Shown here: positions 11,125 through 23,400 of the stretch, one piece after another
Layout of the letters: every line of letters begins with the position of its first letter
Numbering within the stretch: position 1 is the first letter of the stretch
Source: Macrostomum hystrix
Taxonomy: Eukaryota > Animalia > Platyhelminthes
Direction: 5' to 3'
Length of the DNA: 64,000 nt
NCBI GenBank assembly: GCA_950097015.1
Contig: CATNEN010000041.1
Location: 806,001-870,000 of the forward strand
Made by a program: the position numbers and the translations under genes
The notes under the pieces: generated by a model
Database searches by the model: none
What the model saw: the letters and a program-made list of their open reading frames with translations, nothing else
What the model was told of the DNA's origin: nothing

Positions 11125-14100
11125 TGTTTAGCTTCCTGCGAGCCCTGCGTCTCACCTGCTTCAAGGACCTGCTTTTCGTTGTGAACATTGTGCACCGGCC
11201 AAACATGAAGACACTCGTCAACATCGTTGTGAACACTATCTGCATGTGGTTTGTCTTCGCCGGGATCATGTACATGGTGAGATGGGCAAAGTTTAGGTGG
11301 TAAAACCGTATAGAATAAAATCCTTGTGAGCCCCGAAGATACTGAGATTGAAGCAAACAGGTTGCTCACTTGCAATATTTATATCAGAAGCATATATTCG
11401 GTTTTCACTCACTACGACCTGTATTTGTATAGTTTATCAACCTTTGAGAAACTGCAGTTTGACTTGATTTGAAACTTTTCTCTAATTGAGAAGATTTTAA
11501 CTTAACTCAACTGGCCCACGATTTTCCTATTTCAGACAGAGAATCTATCCGAGTTCACCATCTTCACAAAGGATTTGAAACTGTGCCCCCAGGATGCGTA
11601 TAACAATAAGATCGGAATGACCTTCTTCCGCAGCCTGTACTTTCTTCTGGTGACGGCCAGCAGCGTGGGTTACGGTGATATCACGCCCACCAGCATTCCC
11701 TCCAAGGTGGTCATCATAATCTTCGTGACTGTGGCTGTGGTAAGTCTCAGTACAGAGTGTATCATCCATGGCCCACAAAGACAATCATAGACTTTGAACA
11801 CCAACAGAAAACTAAAGTCCCGTGCATTCGACTTGAAAATTTTCGAACCCAGCAACTTGTCGAGCCCCTGGCCAATCGACTCCTAATCTATGGAAAATAA
11901 ATTAATAACAATATATTACACCTGCCCAAATGGGGCGAGATGTGCTACCGACAGTACAGAGGCAGCTGTTGCATCTGAAGGCTGCGTATGGCTGTTCAGT
12001 CCATGGACTGGTAAGGCGCCACAACCACCCTTAGTTACCCCGTCTAATGCTGGTACCGTTTAACAGCTGGGTGATTTGAAGAAATGCTGAATTTTGTGTC
12101 TTGCTATAGGACACAATTTTTCTTGGGGAGTCGCGAATCGCTGACTCCTGAACACACACGCAGACAGATCCCGTACGCAGGCACACGCTCACACAGGTGT
12201 GTACATCTGCCCTGACTTTCTCATCGTCAGGCAGTGTACACTTCACTGTGTCATCGAGGTTGGCCCTCAAGGGTGTAAATTGCGAGGCAAGCACTCAAGC
12301 TTTCTCTTGGCGGCTGCACCCCAAATGAATGTGGCCTCACCGTGGAATCGAGCTCAGGGACCTTGGTGCGAGGCTAACGCGTTAACCGCTCTGCCACGCA
12401 CCCCCGTCCCTGGTCAATCGAGTAGTTGCAGCAGTCACGCGATCACCCATACCTTGCAGACATTCATAGCCTCCATAATCCCTGACATCTACGCAGTCTG
12501 CTCCGTGCCGCAAAACTTCGGCAATCGTTCCTTCTACACTGGCGCTAGTGAAAAGTGAGTATGAAGCTTCCCGCCTCGCGCTTCACTGGCTTTTTCCCTG
12601 TGCGGCCGCCGCAATTTCTCAACTGCTGCATTTTAGGCACATTATTTACTGTGGCTCGTCACAACTGAGCAGGCTGAAGTCATTCTTCTGGAACCTTTAT
12701 CACAACATTGACGATGTGACTGAGGGAATTTTCAGAGTTTGCTTTTTGCAAAGGTGAGGTGCTTTATAGAAATCTTTTTAAATATATTTATTGATGGAAA
12801 ATAGAAAATGGAGCTTCGCCCCCAATCGAAAAACCTCCTTAGCTACCAGATCTCCGAGCAAATTACTTGGTTCCTACGTTCCTTCTGTGGTCGAGTCACG
12901 CTGGTCTTCGGTAGCCCCAACGAAGTTGACTTTCTGATGCAGAACTGCAAGCTCAACTCGGCGGAGGCTGTCATCCTCACCTCGGAAGCTGGAAACTCTC
13001 GATCGGAATTTGAAGCGGACAGGATCAACTACGTGCGCACCATTGGACTGAAGCTGTGCGCTCCGCAGAGCAGAATCATTGTGCAGATCAAGAGCATGTA
13101 TCACAAGGTCTGGCTGCTCTTTGCCCGCTTGCCACTTACTACATACTAAAATTTTCGTAACGTCGCATATTATCATAGAGACAAAACTGACGACAATAGT
13201 TGGGACTTTAAGAAGGCAAAACTAGGACTCACGATGGCAGCTCAAGAAGCACAGACTGGCATCCCTAAATCTGACAACCTTTGCAGCAATCCTTCCGAGC
13301 GTTGCCTCTCTGGCGCGCCCGCGCGAGCAAGCCGGGCTCTCTGCCACCGGACGCGGTCCTGTGCGACAACCAGATTCTGCTGGGCCTCATGGGTATCAAC
13401 TCGTTAGCGCCGGGCATGGCCACCTTGCTAATCAATCTGCTGAGCTACCGAGAGTCGCAAAGCTCGATTGATATTGACAATGGCAGCGGAAACAGTGCCA
13501 CAGGTGGGGGAAAAGGCGGAGCTAGCGAGGGTGGCGGCGAAGGGGGAGGCAACGCAGTCGGTGCTTCGCCCATTCGAGTCACAAACTGTAGCAGCTGGCG
13601 CAGCGCCTACAGCGCTGGCATCAAGGTGAAGTTCTACTGCGTCGGATTCACGGCCAAACATCGTGACCGAAGCTTCAAGTCTTTGGCTTTGGAAGCCTTT
13701 CAGGTCATTTTAAGTGCTCGTTTGTGTAATTTGAGTTTTTTTGTATCTGGTTTTACGTCGTATTAATATTTACAATTTCTGCTAAGATAGGATCAGTTGT
13801 ACTAAGAAAATGCTCTTAAAATAAGAGTCATTTTTGGTCCTTGTTGCCAGGCCCACAGTGTGCTCATGGTCGGAGTCTGCATGGTGGACAAGCTAACCGG
13901 CATGATGACCGGAGTCATCAACCCGGCATTCGACCCTGGCTTTATCATCAACCCCAGCACTATGAGGGCCTTCATAGTCAGTCGAGATGTCGAGTCGGTG
14001 CGCAGGTTCGCTGAAGGTCTGGCCAGCGGCTTCGGTGGCGTGCTGATTCATGGTGAGCCATCATGCCGCATTCGCCCTATGCAGTTCATGGCGGCACTTC

Positions 14101-16358
14101 CCACTATTCCGGTTGCGAATCAAGACTTCATTTATTCGCTGGAATGCACAAAACTAATTTCAGTTCAATGTGTACTCCTCCGTGACTATTTAATACATTA
14201 ATCTTAATGCTTCATTTCAAGGTGGCAGAAATAGAGAGCAGGAAAGTGGCGGAGATTATGGCAGTGGAGTTAACGGAGGCGGCGCAGGCGGCGCTAATAC
14301 CAGCAGCGGTCCTGAAGCGGGCAGTGAAAACGTAGTAGATTTAAAAGACGGTAACGAATACTTTGAATTCGACAAACTCATCCAGCCGAGCAGGAGCACT
14401 GGGGAGGGATACAAGCTCCAGCTTGAGAACATTGAGTAAGCCAAACTGTCAAACAAATTCATTAGTATCAAATTATATGCGAAAATAAGCTTTAAAGTGC
14501 TGACGCCCACAGCTCAAGTACCGGAGGGACTACCGAGGAGTCATCCGCAGTGGCAGGCATCAGTTTAAACTTGTCTGATGACTTTGGTATGTTTCTCAAA
14601 CTAAAAACTGAATTTTTCAAAGTATTCTTCTGGGCTTTTAAAATCCAATAATTTCGGTTTTGGCTTTAAAACATAGCAGAATGCCCCGAAGCTCAACCGC
14701 AGCTGCTAAGACCGGCGGTCCCTAAGTCCACGCATAATCAAAGAGCCAAGCCGCTGCACTCGACATTGGCGTTAGCTGCAAACACTTCAGGGCCACAAGA
14801 GGAGCGTCGCCTGGAGGAGTGGTACCGTGACAGAATTGACGCGCGCTGCGACAGTCCGCGTGAGCTTCACGCCGCCGAGCACGAATTCAACCCGCTGCTG
14901 GACATCACCGGCACGCTGCATTGGGCGCCGAACCGTCGCTGTCGGAAGTTTACCATCGACGAAGCGAAAACTATCAACTTCCGAGGCCACGTGCTGGTGG
15001 CCATCATCGGGCCACTGCAGCATCCAATCGGTCTGTCCTCGCTGGTGCTGCCATTGCGTAACTGCTCGATTCCGGTCGACCAGCTCAGCGACATTGTCAT
15101 TCTCGGAAACGCCGAGTCCATCGAGAAGCACGAGTGGCGCGGCATTCGCAACTTTCCCTTCATCTACGTGGTAGACGGCAACGGAGTATACCCGCAACAC
15201 CTGTTGTACTGTCGAGCTCAATGGGCCGCGGCGATGACTGTGATCAATTTGGCTCAGAGAAACAACGCGTTCTTGGACCCGTTCCTCACAGACAAGATGA
15301 CGCTGCTGTGTACAGAGAATCTGCGCGGCATCGGTGCCAAGAACTGTCACGTCACCTCGGAGCTGTTCTATTCGCCCAACGCTTACTGCTTCTCGGATCC
15401 AGCAGAGCGAATGGCGGACATCTCCGCGGCTGACGTGATGGACACACAGTCGTTCGCCGAGGGCCTCGTCGTATCCTCTCCGAACCTGACTGGTCTGCTT
15501 GCCTCTGTGTTCTTCTGTCCGGAGTCGCTGGCCTTCTTGGAGTCCATCATTCACGGCTCGAACCAGCCCAGCGTCGACGACTACCTCAGCCTGGACTTTT
15601 GCATCCCAAGCTGCCTGAGTCGGGGCGACTCCACGAACCTCAATCGGGTCTTCGGCTTCCGTCTGTTGCAGCTGGGGGCCGACGACTACCCGCTGCGCGA
15701 CATCTTCGAGCTGTTCGACTGCAAGGTTGGGTGAATTTCGCTAAACTTTTCATATTGGGCTGAGAGTGTCCCAAACTTGTGCTAGCTTTAACCAGAAAGG
15801 ACTTTTCTATAGTGCCAAAAACCAATTAATTCATATATTTTCTTAAAATGTTAAGCAGCTCTATTTATACGCGTAGTTGTTTATTTATCTGTCGTATAAG
15901 CAATTTTACAAACAAGGGGGTTAATTCCAACAAATCTATTTTCAATTTTTTATTTTTTCTTTTTTTACTGACATCCTTGATGGGTCACAGGAAATGAAAT
16001 GGGAGGACCTGCTTATCAGCTGCTTAGAAAAGTTCAGCATAATCTGCCTGGGTGTTTATCGTCGACGAAACGTCAGCCAAAAGAGCGCTGATTCGCCCTA
16101 TACGCATGACGGCTGGTTTGTGATGACCTACCCGGACGCTGAGACCCAGATTGACACGAAGGACAAGGTAACTTTCGCTGGGGTGTCTAGCTAGATTTAT
16201 AGATGTGGGCCTAGTGTCATTTTGTGTTCAAAATACTTCTTGTCCTGCTTCAAATGTCTACGGGAGCAATGCTCATTTCCCCAACTCGCTTTCAGATTTT
16301 CTGCTTTGCGCCACCCTCTCAGAGGCGAGGGACGTTGGTGTCATTTGTGAATTCGTGA
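11125..16358 (+). CDS. slo/KCNMA1-like: Slo/BK-family K+ channel alpha subunit, S4-S5-pore-S6-RCK1-RCK2; S0-S3 not found. Approximate exons: 11125-11276, 11536-11739, 12460-12554, 12637-12753, 12843-13107, 13287-13703, 13851-14052, two short linker exons at ~14222-14576, a long exon ending at 15725, 15991-16167, 16296-16358
   Basis: S4 FLRALRL; pore LYFLLVTASSVGYGDITP; S6 FIASIIPDI; RCK1 KHIIYCG, NSAEAVIL, DAVLCDNQILLG; RCK2 FRGHVLVAI, LVLPLR, EWRGIRNFP, TSEL, TQSFAEG; C-terminal ICLGVYR...IFCF. All introns are GT-AG and phase-compatible. Confidence 0.92.
11905..12405 (-). mobile_element. Composite tRNA-derived SINE in a Slo intron
   Basis: tRNA-like head (gtggcagagcgg...gctcgattc). 12140-12405 matches the SINE at 36178; 11905-12139 matches the SINE at 17096 from its B-box onward. 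Confidence 0.8.
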
Positions 16359-17095
16359 CTCATCAGTTTCCCGAGGTTAAATAGCAGCTGCGTCTCAGAC
16401 AGGATTAGCAGTTTGACATGGAGACCGAAGTACTCTTTACCATTGGAGTGTTCACCGATAAGGTGTCCGCTTCTCTTTCTAGGCTAATTTTAGACCAATT
16501 AATTATGAAGCAAATGTATAGGAATACAGAACTCACGTCTGCGGCAGCTTTCTGTCAAACTGAGTCAAGCCTCAGTCATAGTATTTATTGAGCTTATTTT
16601 TGAAGATGAAGTGAAATAAAATCGCAACAGAGGGCATATTAGATGCGATAGCGAAATAATGAAATCCTGATCCTCGCAACGCCATTAAAATCCTAATTTG
16701 AAATATTTGTCTCACGCTGGTCATAACCTCAGATACTGCATTATCTTATGTAATTAACAATCAAGTTATTAAGTAAGTAAAGTAAGTAATTAATTAATTA
16801 TTAGTATAGTGACTTAAGAAACTTAAGTAAAGTAAACAAGTATATTCACAGGTCATCACCACAGCTATAATGGTATCTGTGGTCATCACCTTTAGAAAAT
16901 GTCAACTACCGGAGAAGACTACTGTTAACGTCTACTGTTTCTTTTGATCTTCTGAAATAAATACGCGGGTTTGGTGCATCAAGGACATCCTAGTATAGAC
17001 TGAAAGGACTCTGAAAAGAAAGGCAGGTCTGAAATGAAGTTCCGATTGTTTGATTTGAACAAGAGTTTAGTCAAAATGAAAGAAGAGGTCAAGAA

Positions 17096-17400
17096 GAGGT
17101 TGTAGCCTAGTGGTTAGGGCGTCGGACTCACGACTTGAAGGGCGGGGGTTAGATTCCCGACTCCACTGAAACAATTTGTGTCCTTTAGCAAGACACTTAA
17201 CTCTGCATTGCTTCAGTTCACCCAGCTGTTAAATGGGTACCAGCATTAGCTGGGCTAATTGAAGGTGGGTGTGGCGTCCCCCCAGTCCATGGACTGAACA
17301 GCTGTACGCAGTCTTCAGATGCGCCGCGCAATAGCTGCGGCTGTGCTGTCGGCTGCACATCTGACCCGATTGGGACAGGTGTAATCAACTCAATGTAATC
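17096..17400 (+). mobile_element. tRNA-derived SINE with CORE-like central domain
   Basis: A-box tagcctagtggtt, B-box-like ggttagattcc, then tgtgtcctttagcaagacacttaactct...ctgttaaatggg resembling the CORE-SINE consensus; second copy at ~11.9-12.1 kb. Confidence 0.75.
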
Positions 17401-17497
17401 AATTGGTCAAAATAGGAAATAAAAACAATCAAACAATCAGTTGACTAGTGTCAAAAACCAGCAGCCCAAAGTTTCTATAACGAATCAAAAACGAATG

Positions 17498-20400
17498 TCA
17501 ATCCTTCTCGATGCCCTGGACCTCAAGTTCTGGTTGGAGATCATTGTGCTGACGCACGAGCAGCCAGCTCCCTGGTGGCCATTGATCAAGGCGAAAGCGA
17601 AGAAACTGTTCTGAATCACACAGTTGCTGTTGGCTGCCATCATCGAGCTGCACAGTCTCACAGGACCACGTCTGATTTGCTTCTCCTCTTGTGCTTTGTT
17701 TCAAAGTATCGGCCACCTCTTGGGCTAGCTGACTTGTGTCACATTCGTCCTTTTGGTTGTACAGAGTCTGAGCTGCCTTCACGAAGGCCGTGAGTATTAT
17801 TGAGGCCGGAAAGTTGGTGCTTCTCACAACGGAAAAGACTTTTTTGTCCACAGTTCCGCCTCGAGAACTGTAAAAAGCTTGAAACATCTCTTCTTGATCT
17901 CTTGTCTCGTCTCGTCTCGTCTCGCCCTAGAAAGCACAGTGTCGTAAATTGATACGACAATTAATAAGGTTTCATCTGTTTATTAATATCACAATGAAAT
18001 GTCATCTTACCCTGAGAGGCTGCTTTCGGTACTCGAAGCAAACTTTGGCTGGGAATGGGGCTTCACCAGTCTGCATATTTTGGTCCGTCCGTCCCGGCTG
18101 CGAGTCAATGCCGTCTGCGAGCTCTTCTCCGCGGAAGTTTTCGTTCTGAACTGTCGGCTTAGCTTCTGCTGGCTGACGATCGGTAGAGAGCCACACGGCT
18201 ATGGGGTGAAACCCTTCGTCCATCAGAGAAAGCACGGGGGAGACGTAGTTGTCGATAAGACATATAACACCGTCGGTCCGGAGAAGCTGAGCAAGGTCCG
18301 AGAAAAAGGCCCCGTTATTTTCCCCACCAGCGCCCACAAAGCTGAGAACAACAAGGTCGAATGCCCCAGGCTTCATATGACAGTCCTGCATGTTACTGTG
18401 CACAAACACGCTCTTCACTAGGGCTTGGGACTCGCGTGGTTGTGTCGCACGGCTTTGCCGAATCGGCTCTTTTTTGTTCAGAAGAATGAGGCTCTGCTTG
18501 AACAGGAATGCTGCCTTCGGCCACCAGAACTTGTCAACACCAACGCAATTGAGCGGGCGGGCTCCATGGTCCTGGTCAGCCCAGATCTCCATCACGGCCA
18601 GTAGCTCGCTGCCTGGACCGCAGCCCACAGACAGGACGCTGAAAGGTTCTCGAGCTGCTTCTTGGGTACTCATGCTCAAATCGAGCTGCTTCTTTATTAT
18701 TGCTTTGAATGAAGCTTTAAACAATTCCACCTTCTGTGGCATGTGTTTCTTTATATACCCATTAAGCATATCCTGGGATTCGTAGTAGAAAACCCTATCC
18801 TTGCACACCGCTTCTTCCCAGAGTTCCAGTGCCTGCGATTCTTCGGCAGTGAGGCTACGATTTTCGAACAGCGATTTCGAACAACCTTTAAGTAGACTGT
18901 CCAGAGTGGCCTGCAGCACCTGCTGCCACTGCTTCAGGTCTCCATCTACTGCCGCTGACCTCAGCATCCAGGAAATCAGCTCCACAACCAGCTCTTGGAG
19001 TGCAGGATTTTGCCTGCAAGCTAGCTCAATGAACCTAGGTTGTAATAAACAATAGCTCCTGAATGTTTTGTCAGATTGTGTAGTTTCCATGATCGAGTAA
19101 CTCACTTGAGGCAGTCCTTACGCTCAAGTCCGTCTTCCGCGACCCCATCTCCTGCAACAGCAGCATCGCTCCAGAGTCCCTGGCCAGTGAAGAATTCCCT
19201 GCACTGGGTCGCCAGATTCTCGATTCCTTCTGGCTTTGGATATAGCTGAAAATTAAGCCAAGTAGTTTATAATGGATTAAGCTTTTGGATTTTATGACGA
19301 GTACAATAATAAAAAAAAACCAACCCTAATTTTCTGGCAGACTTTCGTCCACTTCGTAGAAATTGACTTAAAATGTTCAAATAAAGGAGTAGGTATTTGT
19401 GTTTCGTCTCATATAAAGCCTTCATTTTAAGACGAAGCTCTTGTCTAAAGGCAAAAAATGATGGCTAGCGCACCTTGAATTCTTCGGAGCGAACTGACGA
19501 ACGGAGGTCCTTAAAGAACTTCTCTGACCACTGCAATGTTTCGGAGTGGGCGAGTTACTTTTAATGTGTGCTTACTGTCAGGTGAAGGCATGACAGCTCA
19601 TCGACTTACCGATGACGCTTCTAGAAGAGCTATGAGCCTGTCATCCCGGTTACAAAAGTACGCCACAATGTGCCGCCTTCTAGTTACCTGCTCCTGTAGA
19701 AAGAATGGATCGTAGCGGACGAGAAGCAATGACCAATATTTTGGTCAAGAATTACAAAAACCTTCAAGGTAGGTCTTTTTGCCCAAAGCGTTAGCGAAAA
19801 TTTACCATGAGCATCTCAAGAGTTTTCTGCAGCTCGCGGCTGCGCTCAGGGTCTGTCTCCGCTGCGCTCAGGTAGTGCAGTAGGATCCTGTGCAGGCAGC
19901 AGTAGACCCTGTCTGACAAGCAGCCAATGCGGTACAGGTGACTGAGGAATCTGGAGTGCAGATGAAGATCTCTGTAAGTTGTTGTGCCATGCTACTTCAC
20001 CGGTGACAAAGTGCACAGGCGAATTGCAGCTCAACTTACAGAATGCAGTCCCGCTGTTGCCTCGACCCATCGCATCCAGAGCATCGACATTCAAACTCCC
20101 TTCTGATAACGTCTGTAGCAATCACCTTCGCCCCTGGCTTCGAGCAGGTCAGGTCTGGCTGGTAATCGAATGCGGATCGGCACTGCTGAGCAAGGACTCG
20201 AGCCTCTTCGGAGTCTAAGGTCAGCTGCAGACGAAATTAAATTCAAACGAGCTGCTATAGCCAGACTGCCATAACTATGCTGCTATAGCCAGACTGCCAT
20301 AACTATGCTGCTATAGCCAGACTGCCATAACTATGCTGCTATAGCCAGACTGCCATAACTATGCTGCTATAGCCAGACTGCCATAACTATGCTGCTATAG

Positions 20401-23400
20401 CCAGACTGCCATAACTATGCTGCTATAGCCAGACTGCCATAACTATGCTGCTATAGCCAGACTGCCATAACTATGCTGCTATAGCCAGACTGCCATAACT
20501 ATGCTGCTATAGCCAGACTGCCATAACTATGCTGCTATAGCCAGACTGCCATAACTATGCTGCTATAGCCAGACTGCCATAACTATGCTGCTATAGCCAG
20601 ACTGCCATAACTATGCTGCTATAGCCAGACTGCCATAACTATGCTGCTGTAGCCAGACTGCCATAACTATGCTGCTATAGCCAGACTGCCATAACTATGC
20701 TGCTATAGCCAGACTGCCATAACTATGCTGCTATAGCCAGACTGCCATAACTATGCTGCTATAGCCAGACTGCCATAACTATGCTGCTATAGCCAGACTG
20801 CCATAACTATGCTGCTATAGCCAGACTGCCATAACTATGCTGCTATAGCCAGACTGCCATAACTATGCTGCTATAGCCAGACTGCCTTAACTATGCTGCT
20901 ATAGCCAGACTGCCATAACTATGCTGCTATAGCCAGACTGCCTTAACTATGCTGCTATAGCCAGACTGCCATAACTATGCTGCTATAGCCAGACTGCCAT
21001 AACTATGCTGCTATAGCCAGACTGCCATAACTATGCTGCTATAGCCAGACTGCCATAACTATGCTGCTATAGCCAGACTGCCTTAACTATGCTGCTATAG
21101 CCAGACTGCCATAACTATGCTGCTGTAGCCAGACTGCCATAACTATGCTGCTATAGCCAGACTGCCATAACTATGCTGCTATAGCCAGACTGCCATAACT
21201 ATGCTGCTATAGCCAGACTGCCATAACTATGCTGCTATAGCCAGACTGCCATAACTATGCTGCTATAGCCAGACTGCCATAACTATGCTGCTATAGCCAG
21301 ACTGCCATAACTATGCTGCTATAGCCAGACTGCCATAACTATGCTGCTATAGCCAGACTGCCATAACTATGCTGCTATAGCCAGACTGCCATAACTATGC
21401 TGCTATAGCCAGACTGCCATAACTATGCTGCTATAGCCAGACTGCCATTACTATGCCGCTATAGCCAGACTGCCATAACTATGCTGCTATAGCGATATGG
21501 TGAGTGGGTGTGTGATATGGTGAGAGGGTGTTAGATATGGTGAGAGGGTGTTAGATATGGTGAGAGGGTGTTAGATATGGTGAGAGGGTGTGTGATATGG
21601 TGAGAGGGTGTTAGATATTGTGAGAGGGTGTTAGATATTGTGAGAGGGTGTTAGATATGGTGAGAGGGTGTTAGATATGGTGAGAGGGTGTGTGATATGG
21701 TGAGAGGGTGTTAGATATGGTGAGAGGGTGTTAGATATTGTGAGAGGGTGTTAGATATGGTGAGAGGGTGTTAGATATTGTGAGAGGGTGTTAGATATGG
21801 TGAGCGGGTGTTAGATTTCGTGAGAGGGTGTTAGATATGGTGAGAGGGTATGGTGAGAGGGTGTTAGATTTCGTGAGAGGGTGTTAGATATGGTGAGTGG
21901 GTGTTAGATATGGTGAGAGGGTGTGTGATATGGTGAGAGGGTGTTAGATATGGTGAGAGGGTGTTAGATATTGTGAGAGTGTGTGTGATATGTTGAGAGG
22001 GTGTGTGATATGGTGAGAGGGTGTTAGATATGGTGAGAGGGTGTTAGATTTCGTGAGAGGGTGTTCGATATGGTGAGCGGGTGTTAGATATGGTGAGCGG
22101 GTGTTAGATTTCGTGAGAGGGTGTTAGATATGGTGAGAGGGTATGGTGAGAGGGTGTTAGATTTCGTGAGAGGGTGTTAGATATGGTGAGTGGGTGTTAG
22201 ATATGGTGAGAGGGTGTGTGATATGGTGAGAGGGTGTTAGATATGGTGAGAGGGTGTTAGATATTGTGAGAGTGTGTGTGATATGTTGAGAGGGTGTGTG
22301 ATATGGTGAGAGGGTGTTAGATATGGTGAGAGGGTGTTAGATTTCGTGAGAGGGTGTTCGATATGGTGAGCGGGTGTTAGATATGGTGAGCGGGTGTTAG
22401 ATTTCGTGAGAGGGTGTTAGATATGGTGAGAGGGTATGGTGAGAGGGTGTTAGATTTCGTGAGAGGGTGTTAGATATGGTGAGTGGGTGTTAGATATGGT
22501 GAGAGGGTGTGTGATATGGTGAGAGGGTGTTAGATATGGTGAGAGGGTGTTAGATATTGTGAGAGTGTGTGTGATATGTTGAGAGGGTGTTAGATATGGT
22601 GAGAGGGTGTTAGATTTCGTGAGAGGGTGTTCGATATGGTGAGCGGGTGTTAGATATGGTGAGAGGGTGTTAGATATGGTGAGCGGGTGTTAGATATGTT
22701 GAGAGGGTGTTAGATGGTTAGAGAGTATTAGATGCGATAGTGACAAAGTTGGCCTTGACGCGGGACACTTACACCTGGCCGAGAGCAGCAGGATTGCCAC
22801 AGTTCCGAGGAGGGCTGGAATTGAGAAAAAACAGAATTCTAAATAAAGACCGGTGGAATTCGGCTTGAGAATGTCGCTACTGCAGCCTGACCCCCATACC
22901 TGAAAGTTGTACTTCTCAACAGCTGAGATAAGCTGCTCGGAAACCAGGCCTGACCACTGTAATCATAATATTCAGTGGCATATATATGATACTATTTCTG
23001 CATCGTCTTTAAAAAAAAAAAAAACTCGGACCTTGTGAAGACTCGCATCGCTGTTGAGGGCCTTCAGTAACTCGTCGCGGCTTTCACAGGCTTCTCTGGT
23101 GCGGCTGATCTTCTGCACCAAAAGTTTTCAGCGAAATTTTACTAGAATTTAGCTCGTTTGATTCAGATTTTAGAACTAAAATAAATTAATTTTTAACATC
23201 CGAACACCAAAATATCGAGTCTTGCAAGCCAAACCCTGTCGGTGTCTTCAGTAGCTCCTCCATTCTGAACAGGAGGATTCGTACCAACAAAACCTAAAAT
23301 CCCCAAAGGCCAACAGTTCTCTTCTTCCTCACTGAAACTGGCGTAGTTGCTTCCATCAGGCCTGAGTTTTCCACCTTTGTTGTCATTTCGTCAGGCATCT

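Noticed and set aside
19330-19447. Extra exon QELRLKMKALYETKHKY in the MIF4G-like gene
   Set aside because: It would need a 29-nt intron and has the wrong phase; exon 8 joins exon 9 in frame without it.
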